DNA of 63,430 bases, the filler included, from Octopus bimaculoides (Eukaryota), in NCBI RefSeq assembly GCF_001194135.2. It is 6 parts of 6 records of this genome, joined end to end, with 100 filler letters (N's around TTAATTAATTAA, not from the genome) between each part and the next. Parts side by side here need not be neighbours in the genome. Positions count along the whole stretch, not along the records: positions 47,734 to 59,372 come from NC_068997.1; positions 59,473 to 63,430 come from NC_068994.1; 4 more parts are not named here. One strand, written 5' to 3'. The notes beneath the pieces were generated by a model. The model was given only the letters and a program-made list of their open reading frames with translations. It had not been told where the DNA came from and made no database searches. A program made the position numbers and the translations under genes. Within the stretch, counting starts at the first letter, position 1; every line of letters begins with the position of its first letter. This document shows, piece by piece, positions 52,326-63,430 of this stretch.

Positions 52326-54248
52326 GAGAGAGATAGGGATTGGCAGTTGGCAGATTCTCTGTAGTTAAATGGGTGACACAATCATCTGGAAAACAATTGA
52401 TCTGTGGTTCGAGTAGACCTGTTTTGTTTTGTTTTGTTTTTCCGATTCTATTGCAACTTCCATATTTTTTTAACGAAATGAGTTTAATGCATGTTGAATT
52501 TGATCACTTTTTTTTTATTAATATATATCTGATTTTAATAAACTCTACTGTATATGTCGACACCTCTTAACTAAATGGTTTTAATATAGTTACCAATTAG
52601 CTAACCTCTTAACACAAACCAAACTCATTCCGTTTCCACGATCTCAAATCTTCATTGTAGTAACAATCCACCACTGATCAAAATAACTAAATTGGTAACA
52701 AAATTATAAAATAATATAATTCCATTTACCTCTGCAATATATTCATTTATCTCCGGCGAAAGTGCCACTAGTTAGGGGTGGAGAGAAGTGTTTGTTAGCG
52801 CATGATTATCTGAATCTTTCCAATTGCACTAATTAGAAAAAGCAGTCACAGACTCGTTTTTTCAACTAAATAATCAGTTGATCTCATACAGTTAGGATGT
52901 GTTTAACTTCAGGCTACAAATCTTCGTTATTTTCCAAAACAAAAAGCAATCCTTTTTTGATATTTCAGTTGTAGTGGATTGGCAGAATCGGTAGAATGGT
53001 AAGAAATTACTTGGAAATATTTACTTACACCCTTTTATATTCTCAATGAAATCCTGCCGATGTCAGTTTTGCCTTTCATCCATTTGTGGTCGATAACATA
53101 ACTACAGCCGAGTTAACTGATGGTGTCTTACTTCCAAAAAATCTGGACGTGGGACGAGTTTAGAAATCGGCATTTCAGTTTTGAAGAAATACTTTAAAAG
53201 TTTTCTGTAAATGGAACTATTTTTATCAATTATATTTGCTTGATAAGGCTTTTAGAGTCTTCCAACACTTTCAGGCTACGACTACCAACAGTTCTGGTTT
53301 ATTGTTGTAAATACGTAAAGTTTACTCTATCAATTCGAGTCACTACAATACATTTGAACATAGAAAAAGAAAAAACTCTTAATCGAATATTTCTGGTATG
53401 TTGTTGTCAGTGTTTCATGTAAAACCTAGTAGAAGTCAATATTTTCTTCAGTTCTTTATTTTCTTGATTTTTCCTTTATTGCTTATATCAAAGTGTCGAG
53501 GGTCTCCATTTAAATTATATTCTATCAAGTCGTAGTAATTAATCATATCAGAATGTACAAGCGAACTGTTTTAAAATATTCTGTTTCATTGTAGTTAATG
53601 ACACGGTGGTTTTAGGGATTCCTTAGTGTAAGAAATGAGACCTTTAACATCTGCATGAAGTTCATTTATATACCTTCGCAATCTGTGCAACTATCTTAAA
53701 AATGCAATGAACGTTTTCTTATCAACTTATTTCTTTTTCAAATTGGAAAAGAAAGTATGAGATTAAAAAAAAAAGAAAGAAATGACGTTTATAATTAATG
53801 CAAATTGACTTATCCCTAGGACAATTTATTATAAATATCCTGAGATATAAATAAAGATGGTCATTGGTCTATAGCAATGGTTTCTATCTCATACTTTAAC
53901 GAATTAACTGTCCGTTTCGACGAGCTTATAATAAACTTTGTGGATCTTTTTCCAGCTAAAAACTTGCTAGCAGGGAAAGAAGACATATTGGTGAGTTATT
54001 TTATGCAATTATTTTTTTTTTATTTGAAAACCAATAACAAAACAGAAAGTTATTTTAGTATCAGGTGTTCTCTTCCATTTTTTGTTATGAAGTCTATAGG
54101 TATCAGGTATTCTGCTGTTGCATACAACGTCTTACTTATATACAACAATAAATTCAACTGAACATTTAATTCGTTATCCTTATAGTTGTAGAAATAGTAT
54201 TTTAAAACTAGGCACAAATTTAATGTTAACTTTCGTATCTATACGACA

Positions 54249-54780
54249 GTGAAGATCACTCCACCGCCTTCATTTAACCGGGAAGGAAAGGCTGTGTTTA
54301 TATGCCTGGTGGCCATGGCGAAAGAACTTGTATGGTGGACGAGATTGAAGGGGCTGAAGACAAATACTTTTCTCTTTGGCCAATCCTTGATCAACTTCTT
54401 CAAATTTCACTTGAAAAGGAAAATAAGGGAAGAGAGGGAAGCGTTGCCTTCTAAACCTGTTTGCTGAGAGGTGGATGAAAGTGGCGAGAATGGTGCGAGT
54501 GAACGGGCCTGCCCTGGGCATACGCCTGTAGTTGGAAAAAAGGAAAGGAAAAAAGGCACCTGCCCTAAAAGTCAGGGTACCCATGGTTTTTAATGGGGTT
54601 TTTCCATGAGCAACCCTCAAACGTCTCCTCCCTATTGAGGGTCACACATTGCTGATTTAAAAAAAAAATTTGTTTGTCTTGATTTCACGCAAAAGCCTCA
54701 CAACAAACGCACATTCTTTGTTTTGTCTTGTACTGTCCATAATGCTTTTCTTAATGTAAACCCTTATGGTTAATAAAGAA

Positions 54781-54782
<2 letters not shown>
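54249..54782 (+). mobile_element. Tx1 LINE 3' end with (ATT)n tail
   Basis: FNREGKAVFICLVAMAKELVWWTRLKG...FFKFHLKRKIREER, homologous to the end of the 62 kb Tx1 ORF; ends CCCTTATGGTTAATAAAGAAAT. Confidence 0.75.
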
Positions 54783-54863
<81 letters not shown>

Positions 54864-54969
54864 TATCATCATCATCATCATTATTATTAATATTTTAGTA
54901 TTATTATTGAGTGAGAGAGCAGTGCATGCCATCAAAGTGACATTGGAGTAAAAGATTGTTATTATTATC

Positions 54970-55031
<62 letters not shown>

Positions 55032-55220
55032 GGCAGCGAGCTGGTAGAATCGTTAGCACGCCGGGCAAAATGCTTAGCGGCATTTCGTCCATCTTTACGT
55101 TTTGAGTTCAAATTCCGCTGAGATCGACTTTGCCTTTTATCATTTCAGGGTCGATAACTTAGGTACCAGTTAAACACTGGGCTCGATGTAATCGACTTAA
55201 TCCCCTCCCCCATAATTGTA
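55032..55220 (+). mobile_element. SINE family B
   Basis: AGGCAGCGAGCTGGTAGAATCGTTAGCACGCCGGGC head directly after (ATT)n. Confidence 0.85.
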
Positions 55221-57960
55221 TCATTGTGCTTCTCGCGGCTTCAAAACTTTAGCTTGATTTTCTTATGAGGTCCCTCTGTCAGATCTATAAGTACTGGCAC
55301 AGAGAACCACTCACCGGTTAAGAGCAGCGTCTAATGAGGCAGATTTTATTTCATTTCGCTTTCAGATGGTCAAGGAACTGTGACAATTTCTTCGGGATGG
55401 GCTCCAGTGATTCTACCACTTTGAGGAACGACTTTATTAGCGGTGGCCCACATCCTTTCTAGTTCCACCTTCAACTTTCCAAACCTGGTCATCTTTTCGA
55501 CTTCTTCAGCTGCTATGTTATGGCCACCTGAAACTTGCTATATTAATAATGACAGTTCTGTGGGACTCTTTGGCCACCAATAACAATGTCCAGTCGTCTA
55601 TACTCGGTCACTTGGTCTTTTTGAACATTAAAGTCACACAGAATTTTAGCTCTTGTACTCCATGACCTTCGCTGTACTGTATTCATATCATTTCACATAC
55701 TCGAGGTGGTGGGCCTGAAAAGTTCCTGGTTTTGGGTAAAAGAAAATGTACGAAGATCAGTTAATTATGATTTTATTTAACATATTCCCCTTTCAGATTT
55801 ACACACTTGTTGCAGTGGTCCTTCAGTTTTTCTAAGCCTTGTAAAATAACCCGGGAGGTTTGACCGCCAACCACGCCTTTCAGGACACCCTTAAAGCCAA
55901 GAGCTTTTCAGCAGCTCCTCGTACTTCGAATCCATAGAGCTTAGAGAGACTCCAGTGAATGTAGGGACTCACTTCGTCATAGCGGGTTTTGTATTTACGT
56001 TGTGTAAGTATCCCGCAAATACTGACAATATGTTGCACTCTCTACATCTTTCCAACACAAGTGGCATTTGTTACTTTCAGCTAACTTGTAGAAAAACTTC
56101 TTCATGCAGTTATTCGGAAGGGCCTGACCATGAGCGGCAATAAGTAGCAATTACACTCTTAATTCTAGACATGTCCCTGAATTATCAGTCTTCATATTCA
56201 CAGTTTCCCTTTAAGGCTTTCCATCTAGGTTCATTGGTTTTCAACTCTCAACTCTCTCCTTTTCTATGCTTTCTTTGCACAAATCTTTGGTTTCAATCTT
56301 CTCCTTCTTCAAATCCAATCACTAAACGACATATTGTAGCTAAAGCTCATCACTCTTTACTAGGTGAAAACCCAGCATACGACTTTCTGCAGCAACTTAA
56401 TCCGTTACATTCATCAAATCCCAACCGTCGTGTTTCCACTCCTTGTACAGCGCGTTACATTTGCTTTTGAACAGATGATTTGAATTTGCCGATCAATTTC
56501 CGTGTACATCGGTCGAATTCACCAATTTCCTCTAGCGTGTACTCAAATATGGCTGTATTGTAAGCGAATAACAGTCATATCGCAGGTGTAGATGGCACGT
56601 ACAAGGTTTCAGGAATTAAGCTTATTCTACAGAACCTCACCGAGCCAATCAAAGTAGGTATGTATCTTGCAGTCGCTCTTCCATCTCTCTAGACATTATA
56701 TCGTCTAACTTCAGTACTACTAGGTTCTACCATTCTCTCTCCATCAGGCAACACTATTTCACTGTTATTCCCCCCCACCCCGCATATGGCTACTGTCGCA
56801 CCTTTGTGATGCCCATCTCCATCTCTATGTCCCACCTCACTATATAAACAGTTTGCACTTGAGAGGTGGTCTCTTTTTCTGATTTTGCAAACAGTTTAAA
56901 GTCATCCATAAAGTGTAGGTGATTATGGTCCAGTCCCGTTTTTTTATTTCTAATTGGTAACCCACCTCTATCTTCCCAAGAGCCATGCTCAAAGCAATCA
57001 GCGCAATGACGAACAGCAAGGAAGAAAATGAGTCGCTCTGCCAAACTCTTGAACCTTGGAAAGCAAATCTTTTCATGCTCTTACTCTTAAGATTTTGTAC
57101 ATTCTCGGCGATTTTAAACATTTTCAGAGACTCCAAAATCTATGAGTGCGGTACTATATCGTATCGCTTTTTCGGAATCTATCCAGGCTATCGACAAATT
57201 GCTTTTCGTTTTTTGCAGTTCCTCAGAACCGTTTTGTCAGCAGCCTGGTGACCTTTTGTACCCTGTGACCGTTTTCTGCAGCCTTTCTTCTGGACAGGCA
57301 GTAAGTCATTCGTTTCCAAGTGTTTGTACACATATGTTCAGCAATTATTTCCGTTAGAATTTTCCTTGCGTGTTAAGGCCTGTAATTAGTGACCACAGGA
57401 TCCTTATATGTCTCTCATGGTAACGGCCGTTCATCCTTCAACCATCTAACCTGGTTCAATGACTCAGGTGAAAAGCTAGCTTTCACTGTATGCCCTTGAC
57501 TCCTTAAATCCAGATGCCTTGGATTCGATCCAGCTCTGGTTCTTTCCAGTTTGATAGCCCCGACTCTTCACAATCCTCGGGCTTATTCTGTCGGGATTAG
57601 CCTTGGTCACCTGTTCCTATTTCACTGCCGACAACCATTTTTGTCCTTAATATATGCCACTGGCTAAGATCAGAGGTCATCCCAAAAGTGTGTTGCTTCT
57701 TCCGGATCAGGATGCACACATTCTCCGATCTCGCCTCTCAAATTTCTGTAAAACTGCAGCTGGTTTGAACAAAAGAGATCATTTTGTTCGTAATAAACGA
57801 TTCTTTCAAAGGACCTTCTGATTTTCTGCATTTTACTGAAGATCCCCATCTTAATTTCCGCCATCGTTATACAAGACACCTCTTTCACGCTGTATTTCCT
57901 TTCAAGCATTGGCTTTCCTTCAATATTATATCTAGCCTTTCCATCGTACCTCCATTGCAG
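55215..57960 (-). mobile_element. old Dong/R4 LINE (pre-RT, RT and REL remnants)
   Basis: Minus strand QNDLFCSNQLQFY...EEATHFW, SDSFSSLLFVIAL, NHLHFMDDFKLFAKSEKE and KVELERMW motifs occur in the expected order. Confidence 0.7.
55698..55923. mobile_element. mariner-type MITE nested in the R4 remnant
   Basis: TA flanks; imperfect TIRs CGAGG...CTGAAAAGTTCCTGGTTTT versus CGAGG...CTGAAAAGCTCTTGGCTTT (reverse complement). Confidence 0.65.
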
Positions 57961-58710
57961 CTAAATAACTGATCTCTCTAAATTTGCATATCTAACATAC
58001 ATTCATAAATTTATACGTTCATATCTTTATGTTGACACTGATTATTGCCTAAACTACTTTCATTGGTCCAATATACACATTTATTTGTTCATAGAACTGC
58101 TGTATTCCCGTCGATGAGTTGATCAATATCTCTAGTTAATTTATCCTATCCTGTTTCTATTCAAGTCTTTATAGGCTATGATTGCTGGCACTGTGGTTAT
58201 TAATATATTTCTCTTTGGATCCCGCTTAATCAAAGATAATATTCTGTTAGTTCTACAATAATTAAACGGAGCACTTTAATCAAGATGAATTAATTAAAGG
58301 AATAAGTAATAAGTAATTTATTAACCATATCACTCCTTAATGTACTAAACAGTATAACACAGTAAATGGTTTTTTTTTTGGTGTTTTTTTGAAGAACAGT
58401 CGGCAACTGTCTTCAAACATGCCTTCATAGGGTTAAATGTCATGCTTGTACTGGTACATTAGCCTGTTTGGCCAGTATCAGCCTTTATGAGCTTGTTAAG
58501 TTTAAAGATTAACTAATCTTTAATTTACAACCTCATTCTGCTGTCCACCTTCGTGATTGTTCTCCCACCCACTTTGCATTTCTTAAATGCTGGTAATACT
58601 GATTAGAAATTGTAATTGTTAATAATATGTTTGTTAATCGACAGGTAACTACTGACTCGTTTATTTCATAATCTTTATAAGTTGCGAGTTGCAAATTCCA
58701 ACTATATATT

Positions 58711-58744
<34 letters not shown>

Positions 58745-59372
58745 TGTATGTATGTATGTATGTATGTATGTACGTATGTGTGTGTGTGTATGTATGTATG
58801 TATGCATGTATGTATCTGTATGCATAAAGTAAAGAATGTAACTGGTAAAATACGGACTACGAATTTATTGTGCCATTAAGCTTATTTTGCCATTTTTACC
58901 CGTGTCATTTTTACCGTGCCATTTTTACCCGTGTCATTTTTACCTAAATTCGGCTGCAACAGTTTCAAGCATCTGCTTACTGGTAATGATAATAAAACAA
59001 ATTAGTTTTTTTTGTTTGTTCCCATATCTAGGACGGTGCTATTCCTGACACACGAACAGACTAGACGACGTCCAAAGAGAGCTCAACTGATTGGTTTAAA
59101 ACCGCTCACGTATACACATCAAACTATGATTGATAGATGTGATTTCTCTTTTTGCATTTGCTTATCACAGTTAACTAAGCATATCAACGAAACATTATTG
59201 CAACGTACCGCACTAAATATACACAGCGTGCAACACAAGCACTCAAAATTGCTACAAATACTGGATTTCACAATCAATGAGTGAATACAGATACTCAACA
59301 TCACAAAAATTCGTCAAACACGTGTCCTGCTCAACATGCTTTGTTGTAGCTTATTTCATGCTTAATTTCATA

Positions 59373-59472
59373 NNNNNNNNNNNNNNNNNNNNNNNNNNNN
59401 NNNNNNNNNNNNNNNNTTAATTAATTAANNNNNNNNNNNNNNNNNNNNNNNNNNNNNNNNNNNNNNNNNNNN
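59373..59472. other. artificial scaffold spacer
   Basis: 44 N + TTAATTAATTAA + 44 N. Confidence 0.95.
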
Positions 59473-59515
<43 letters not shown>

Positions 59516-59824
59516 TCCACATATGTACATATATAGAAAGGCATAACTATTCAGAGCCAAACTATCTTAGGAAAGAAAATATGTGATTTGTTTGAGCTTG
59601 TGTTGGACCTACACACTCATTAGATTGGATGTTATCTCCGTTTCAGTAGAGCTTTAGCAACTGAGAATACAGGATGTCCGTATTCTTAAAACTCTTTGCA
59701 AAGTTTAGTTACTATAGCTCGTATTTATTTTCAGCTGAGTGGATGTGAAACGAAGACCACAAAAGAACTGAACCCATGGCCTAACGTTCTTGAGCCTAAA
59801 ACCCAAACCACCTGCCTATATTCA

Positions 59825-60015
59825 TATATTGGTTTCAGATTTTGGCACAAAGCCAGCAATTTCCGAGGAAGGGGTAAGTCGATGAAATCAACCCCAGTTC
59901 TCAACTGGTACTTATTTTATAGATACCGAGAGGATGAAAAGCAAAGTCGACGTCGGCGGAATTAGAACACTAAGCATATTGCTCGGTGTGCTAACGATTC
60001 TACCAGCACGCCGAC
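59825..60015 (-). mobile_element. SINE family B, alternative tail
   Basis: GGATGAAAAGCAAAGTCGACGTCGGCGGAAT core; tail similar to the 22725 copy. Confidence 0.75.
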
Positions 60016-61647
60016 TTATTGACGATGGTTATTTAATTCAAAATCTATGTGATGATCCATGAAAATACAACAAGAATCATTGAAAATGTCGTTTTGAAAG
60101 CGAATGAGAATGTCAATTTACATGTCAAGAATGTAATATACTAAATAGACATGAATATTATAAACAATAGGGATTTCTTCGATGAACTTCACTATAAACT
60201 TTAATCAGTTCCCAAGTAACTTTATGTAAATAAAAATTGTTGGCACATTTTCATATAATAATTCATTAGATTTACAATGTTTCTCTGAGATTATCGTAAA
60301 ATTTAATGGGGAGGAAATGCTCTTTACTAGACAGATCAAAACATAACTAGGAGATGAATTTAATATGTCAATAATGACTGAATCAATCAATTCAAGAGAA
60401 AAGCTTTATTGCACGTGTAATATTTTGATCTCCTAATTTGTTTATGGGGCATCTATATGTTTATATTAATCAGTGGGACATTCTGGCCAATCTAACTTGA
60501 TTGTAAACCATTGCCTTCAGGCTTTGAATATTTAAAAGTTGTTTCCTACAATTACATGTTATTTAAATGTCCTCTGTGGTTAGTCCTTTAACTACATGCT
60601 TAAAAACATATTTGCTTGAAAGAGAAATCATTCAAATCAAGAAACATAAGAAGTTAAACAAACAGCGGAGGAGATCCTTTATAATACTTACCTTCATAAG
60701 AGACCAACGCTCCAGCCAGTCCTACTGACAGAAGAAGACATGCTGCGGTTCTAATGAAAGTGTTCATTATGGTAACGTTTGTCGTTCCTGCTGAGAAATT
60801 TTGAGTTGACTCACGGAGGCGAGAGGCAAAGTGATTCTGTAAAGCTGCAAACTAGTTTATATAGAGCAAATTCTTTTGAATGATGTAGAGTCTTTGTTTG
60901 AAATATTTCTATGGTATGTGTGTATGTATTAAATATTGTGTCTGTGTATTTTTATATTTGTTCTACACCATCCAGGTGCTTTGTGCTAACACGTGCTATA
61001 TCTCGCAGAAAAGAAAATGGGTGTTGACAATAAAAGGCGACTTTTACTTTTTTTTTCTTATAAAAAGGAAAAATTCACAGCATTTAACGCTTTCCATTCA
61101 AAACCTAACAGGACTGAAAACAAGGCGCACTGTCGTGAGAAACATTCATTCATGTCCACAATGAAACAAAACTTTTCACAAAGCAAATTCATAAATATAT
61201 TCTGTATATAAAACTGCACGGGAAATATGCTGAGACGCAATAATCTCATGGATGCCCAGGGAGGTCTATTGCTCTCACCAAGACATCGACAATTGAGTAG
61301 AATTTATTTGGGAAAAAAATCACAAATGTATAGATATTATCATTGCCTACTTTTGTATAACCTTTTCTAGACATTTCTATTAAAATTTTTACGCCCAGTG
61401 GAAGAAGAATGGATTGTGTGTGTTTACAGTTTCTAATATGAAAGTTGTTTTTTTTATTAATAAATATTAAATTTTACACTACATTTTAAAAGTAATTTTC
61501 AGATTAATTAAGAAAATATTTTTGTCATATATACTTTAATGGCATAAGAGAATAATAATTAATTTAGGAAAACGCTCAAAAGTTACTAGGAACACAACGC
61601 CTGTACAGAACTGATAAAATACTAAGAAGGAAAGCTAGGATAAAATC

Positions 61648-62575
61648 CATTTTTTATTACCCACATGGGGCGAAACATAGAGGGGGGACAGCACAGTCTG
61701 ATTGGTGTGAGACACATACAATGATATAACTTTAAAATTTACATGTTATAATAAAATCGGATGAAATTGGATGAAAAAAACAAAACAAGGACAAATTACA
61801 ACATAGAATGAAGTAGGGAGATGGGTTGCACTCCGACCCCACGAGCCCCGATCTCCTACTGGCACCTTTATATAGACTTATGACACGTTCACGAGGAATC
61901 ATTCAATACCAGCATCCTCGCTACATGCATCCATCTGTCTTTAAACATTCCCTCTTTCAGGTATCTTCTCTCCAGCCTCAGCTTCCTTTTTAGGTGAAAT
62001 GTAAAGAATCTCACCAGCCTGAGGCCGGATACGAAGCTGCTTGTCACCAGACCTTTCATTCGCGTCTTTCATACCACCTCTTTCGTAACTGCTACTACTG
62101 CGAGAAAACAATTCTTACCTTCTTTCGTAAGGAAATCCGGCGGGTCAATTTTTATGATTGACTCAGACGACAGCTGTACTCTTCTCGAACCCGACAGCAG
62201 ATGTACTGCATAAGCCCACACTTCAGACTCTTCCGGGCACTGAAAAATAGCGTGCAGGACGGTTTCCCTATCCTGCTCGCATCTTGGAGAGTCCGCAAGT
62301 CTGGATTGACCGTGACGTACGAGCTTATCCCGAACGGGTAAGGCTTCTCGGTAAACTTGCCAACCCAGAGATTTTTGGAAATTACCCAAGCTCCCCGGCC
62401 CAAAAGTCCTTCGGAACAAACTGTCTAACTGGTTATCTCCGAGACCCAGAGTCTCCCCTAGAGTATCGTCGTTCCCGGCCTCTATCAATCTGCTATAAAA
62501 AGACGTGGTGGTACCAAAACCGCTGGCATTACCCAAGCGACGGAACAGTAGGAGTGCTTTACGGCACTCCGTGAG
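61648..62575 (-). mobile_element. 5'-truncated Tx1 LINE with 14-bp TSD
   Basis: WQVYREALPVRDKL...PRCEQDRETVLHAIFQC zinc-binding region, complete 3' UTR; perfect TSD GCTAGGATAAAATC at 61634-61647 and 62576-62589. Confidence 0.9.
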
Positions 62576-62689
62576 GCTAGGATAAAATCATGCAAGTATG
62601 AAAGTAACGTTAGAAATAGGAAGAAAACAAAGGATTACAATTTTTTTATTCATTGACATGCAAATTAAGTAAAGATTCCTTATAAATAT

Positions 62690-63165
62690 TGGTTTTAAAT
62701 TTTAGGACAAAACCGGCAAGTTCGGCGACGGGAGTAAGTTGGTTACATCAACCTCAGCCGGTGCTTATTTTTATCAATTCCGAAAGGATGAAACGCAAAT
62801 GTTAACCACAGTGGGGTTTGAACTCAGAACTTAAACGAAATGCCACTAAGCATGTATACCAGCTTACTAACTCTGCCAGCTCTCCATCTTGATAATGATA
62901 ATAATAATAAAAGTAACAATCCTTTCTATTATAGGCACAAGTCCTGGAATTTGGTGGGAGGGGCCAGTCGATTAGATCGATCCCAGTATGCAACTGGTAC
63001 TTAATTTATCGACCTCGAAAGGTAAAGTCAACCTCGAAAGGTAAAGTCGACCTCGAAAGGTAAAGTCGACCTCGGCGGAATTTAAACTCAGAAAATATAC
63101 ACGAACGAGATACTGCTAAGCATTTCGCCCGGCGTGCTAAAGATTCTGCCAGCTCGCCGCCTTAA
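62690..63165 (-). mobile_element. two adjacent SINE family B copies
   Basis: Copies at about 62690-62890 and 62925-63165; the second has a 19-bp unit triplicated at about 63011-63070. Confidence 0.8.
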
Positions 63166-63314
63166 TAATAATAATTATTATCATCATTATTATTTCAAAT
63201 TATTGTCTCAAGGGTAACTTGGAGGAGGAGGGGGATGAGTCGATTACATCGACCCCACTGGTCGATGTAATCCATGCCTGCAGAGCTTGCTAACGATTCT
63301 GCCAGCTCACCGCC

Positions 63315-63386
<72 letters not shown>

Positions 63387-63430
63387 TAGCTCCTACTCTG
63401 CGAAACTTTTTATCTGTAAGTATGAGATCA

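Overview
AT-rich, microsatellite-dense animal DNA. The SINE families and repeat landscape match my recollection of Octopus repeats, so the organism is an inference. The window is not one locus: five 44N-TTAATTAATTAA-44N artificial spacers join six separate scaffolds (1-11208, 11309-15094, 15195-35105, 35206-47633, 47734-59372, 59473-63430). Only one host exon is well supported, a 241-nt internal exon of an MEGF8 homologue (38233-38473, +). The rest is mostly transposon remnants: RTE, Tx1 and Dong/R4 LINEs, a Gypsy pol fragment, Helitron, mariner and piggyBac-type derivatives, a Penelope-like GIY-YIG remnant, and three tRNA-derived SINE families. The most notable observations are (i) one SINE family whose 3' tail matches the 3' end of a Tx1 LINE in the same window (30/33 nt) and also occurs with an alternative tail, (ii) several minimal hammerhead-ribozyme-like motifs, including an inverted pair, and (iii) a 75-bp perfect fold-back, probably in an MEGF8 intron. 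Nearly all other listed ORFs are microsatellite or antisense artefacts. All alignments and translations were done by eye; nothing was computed or searched.
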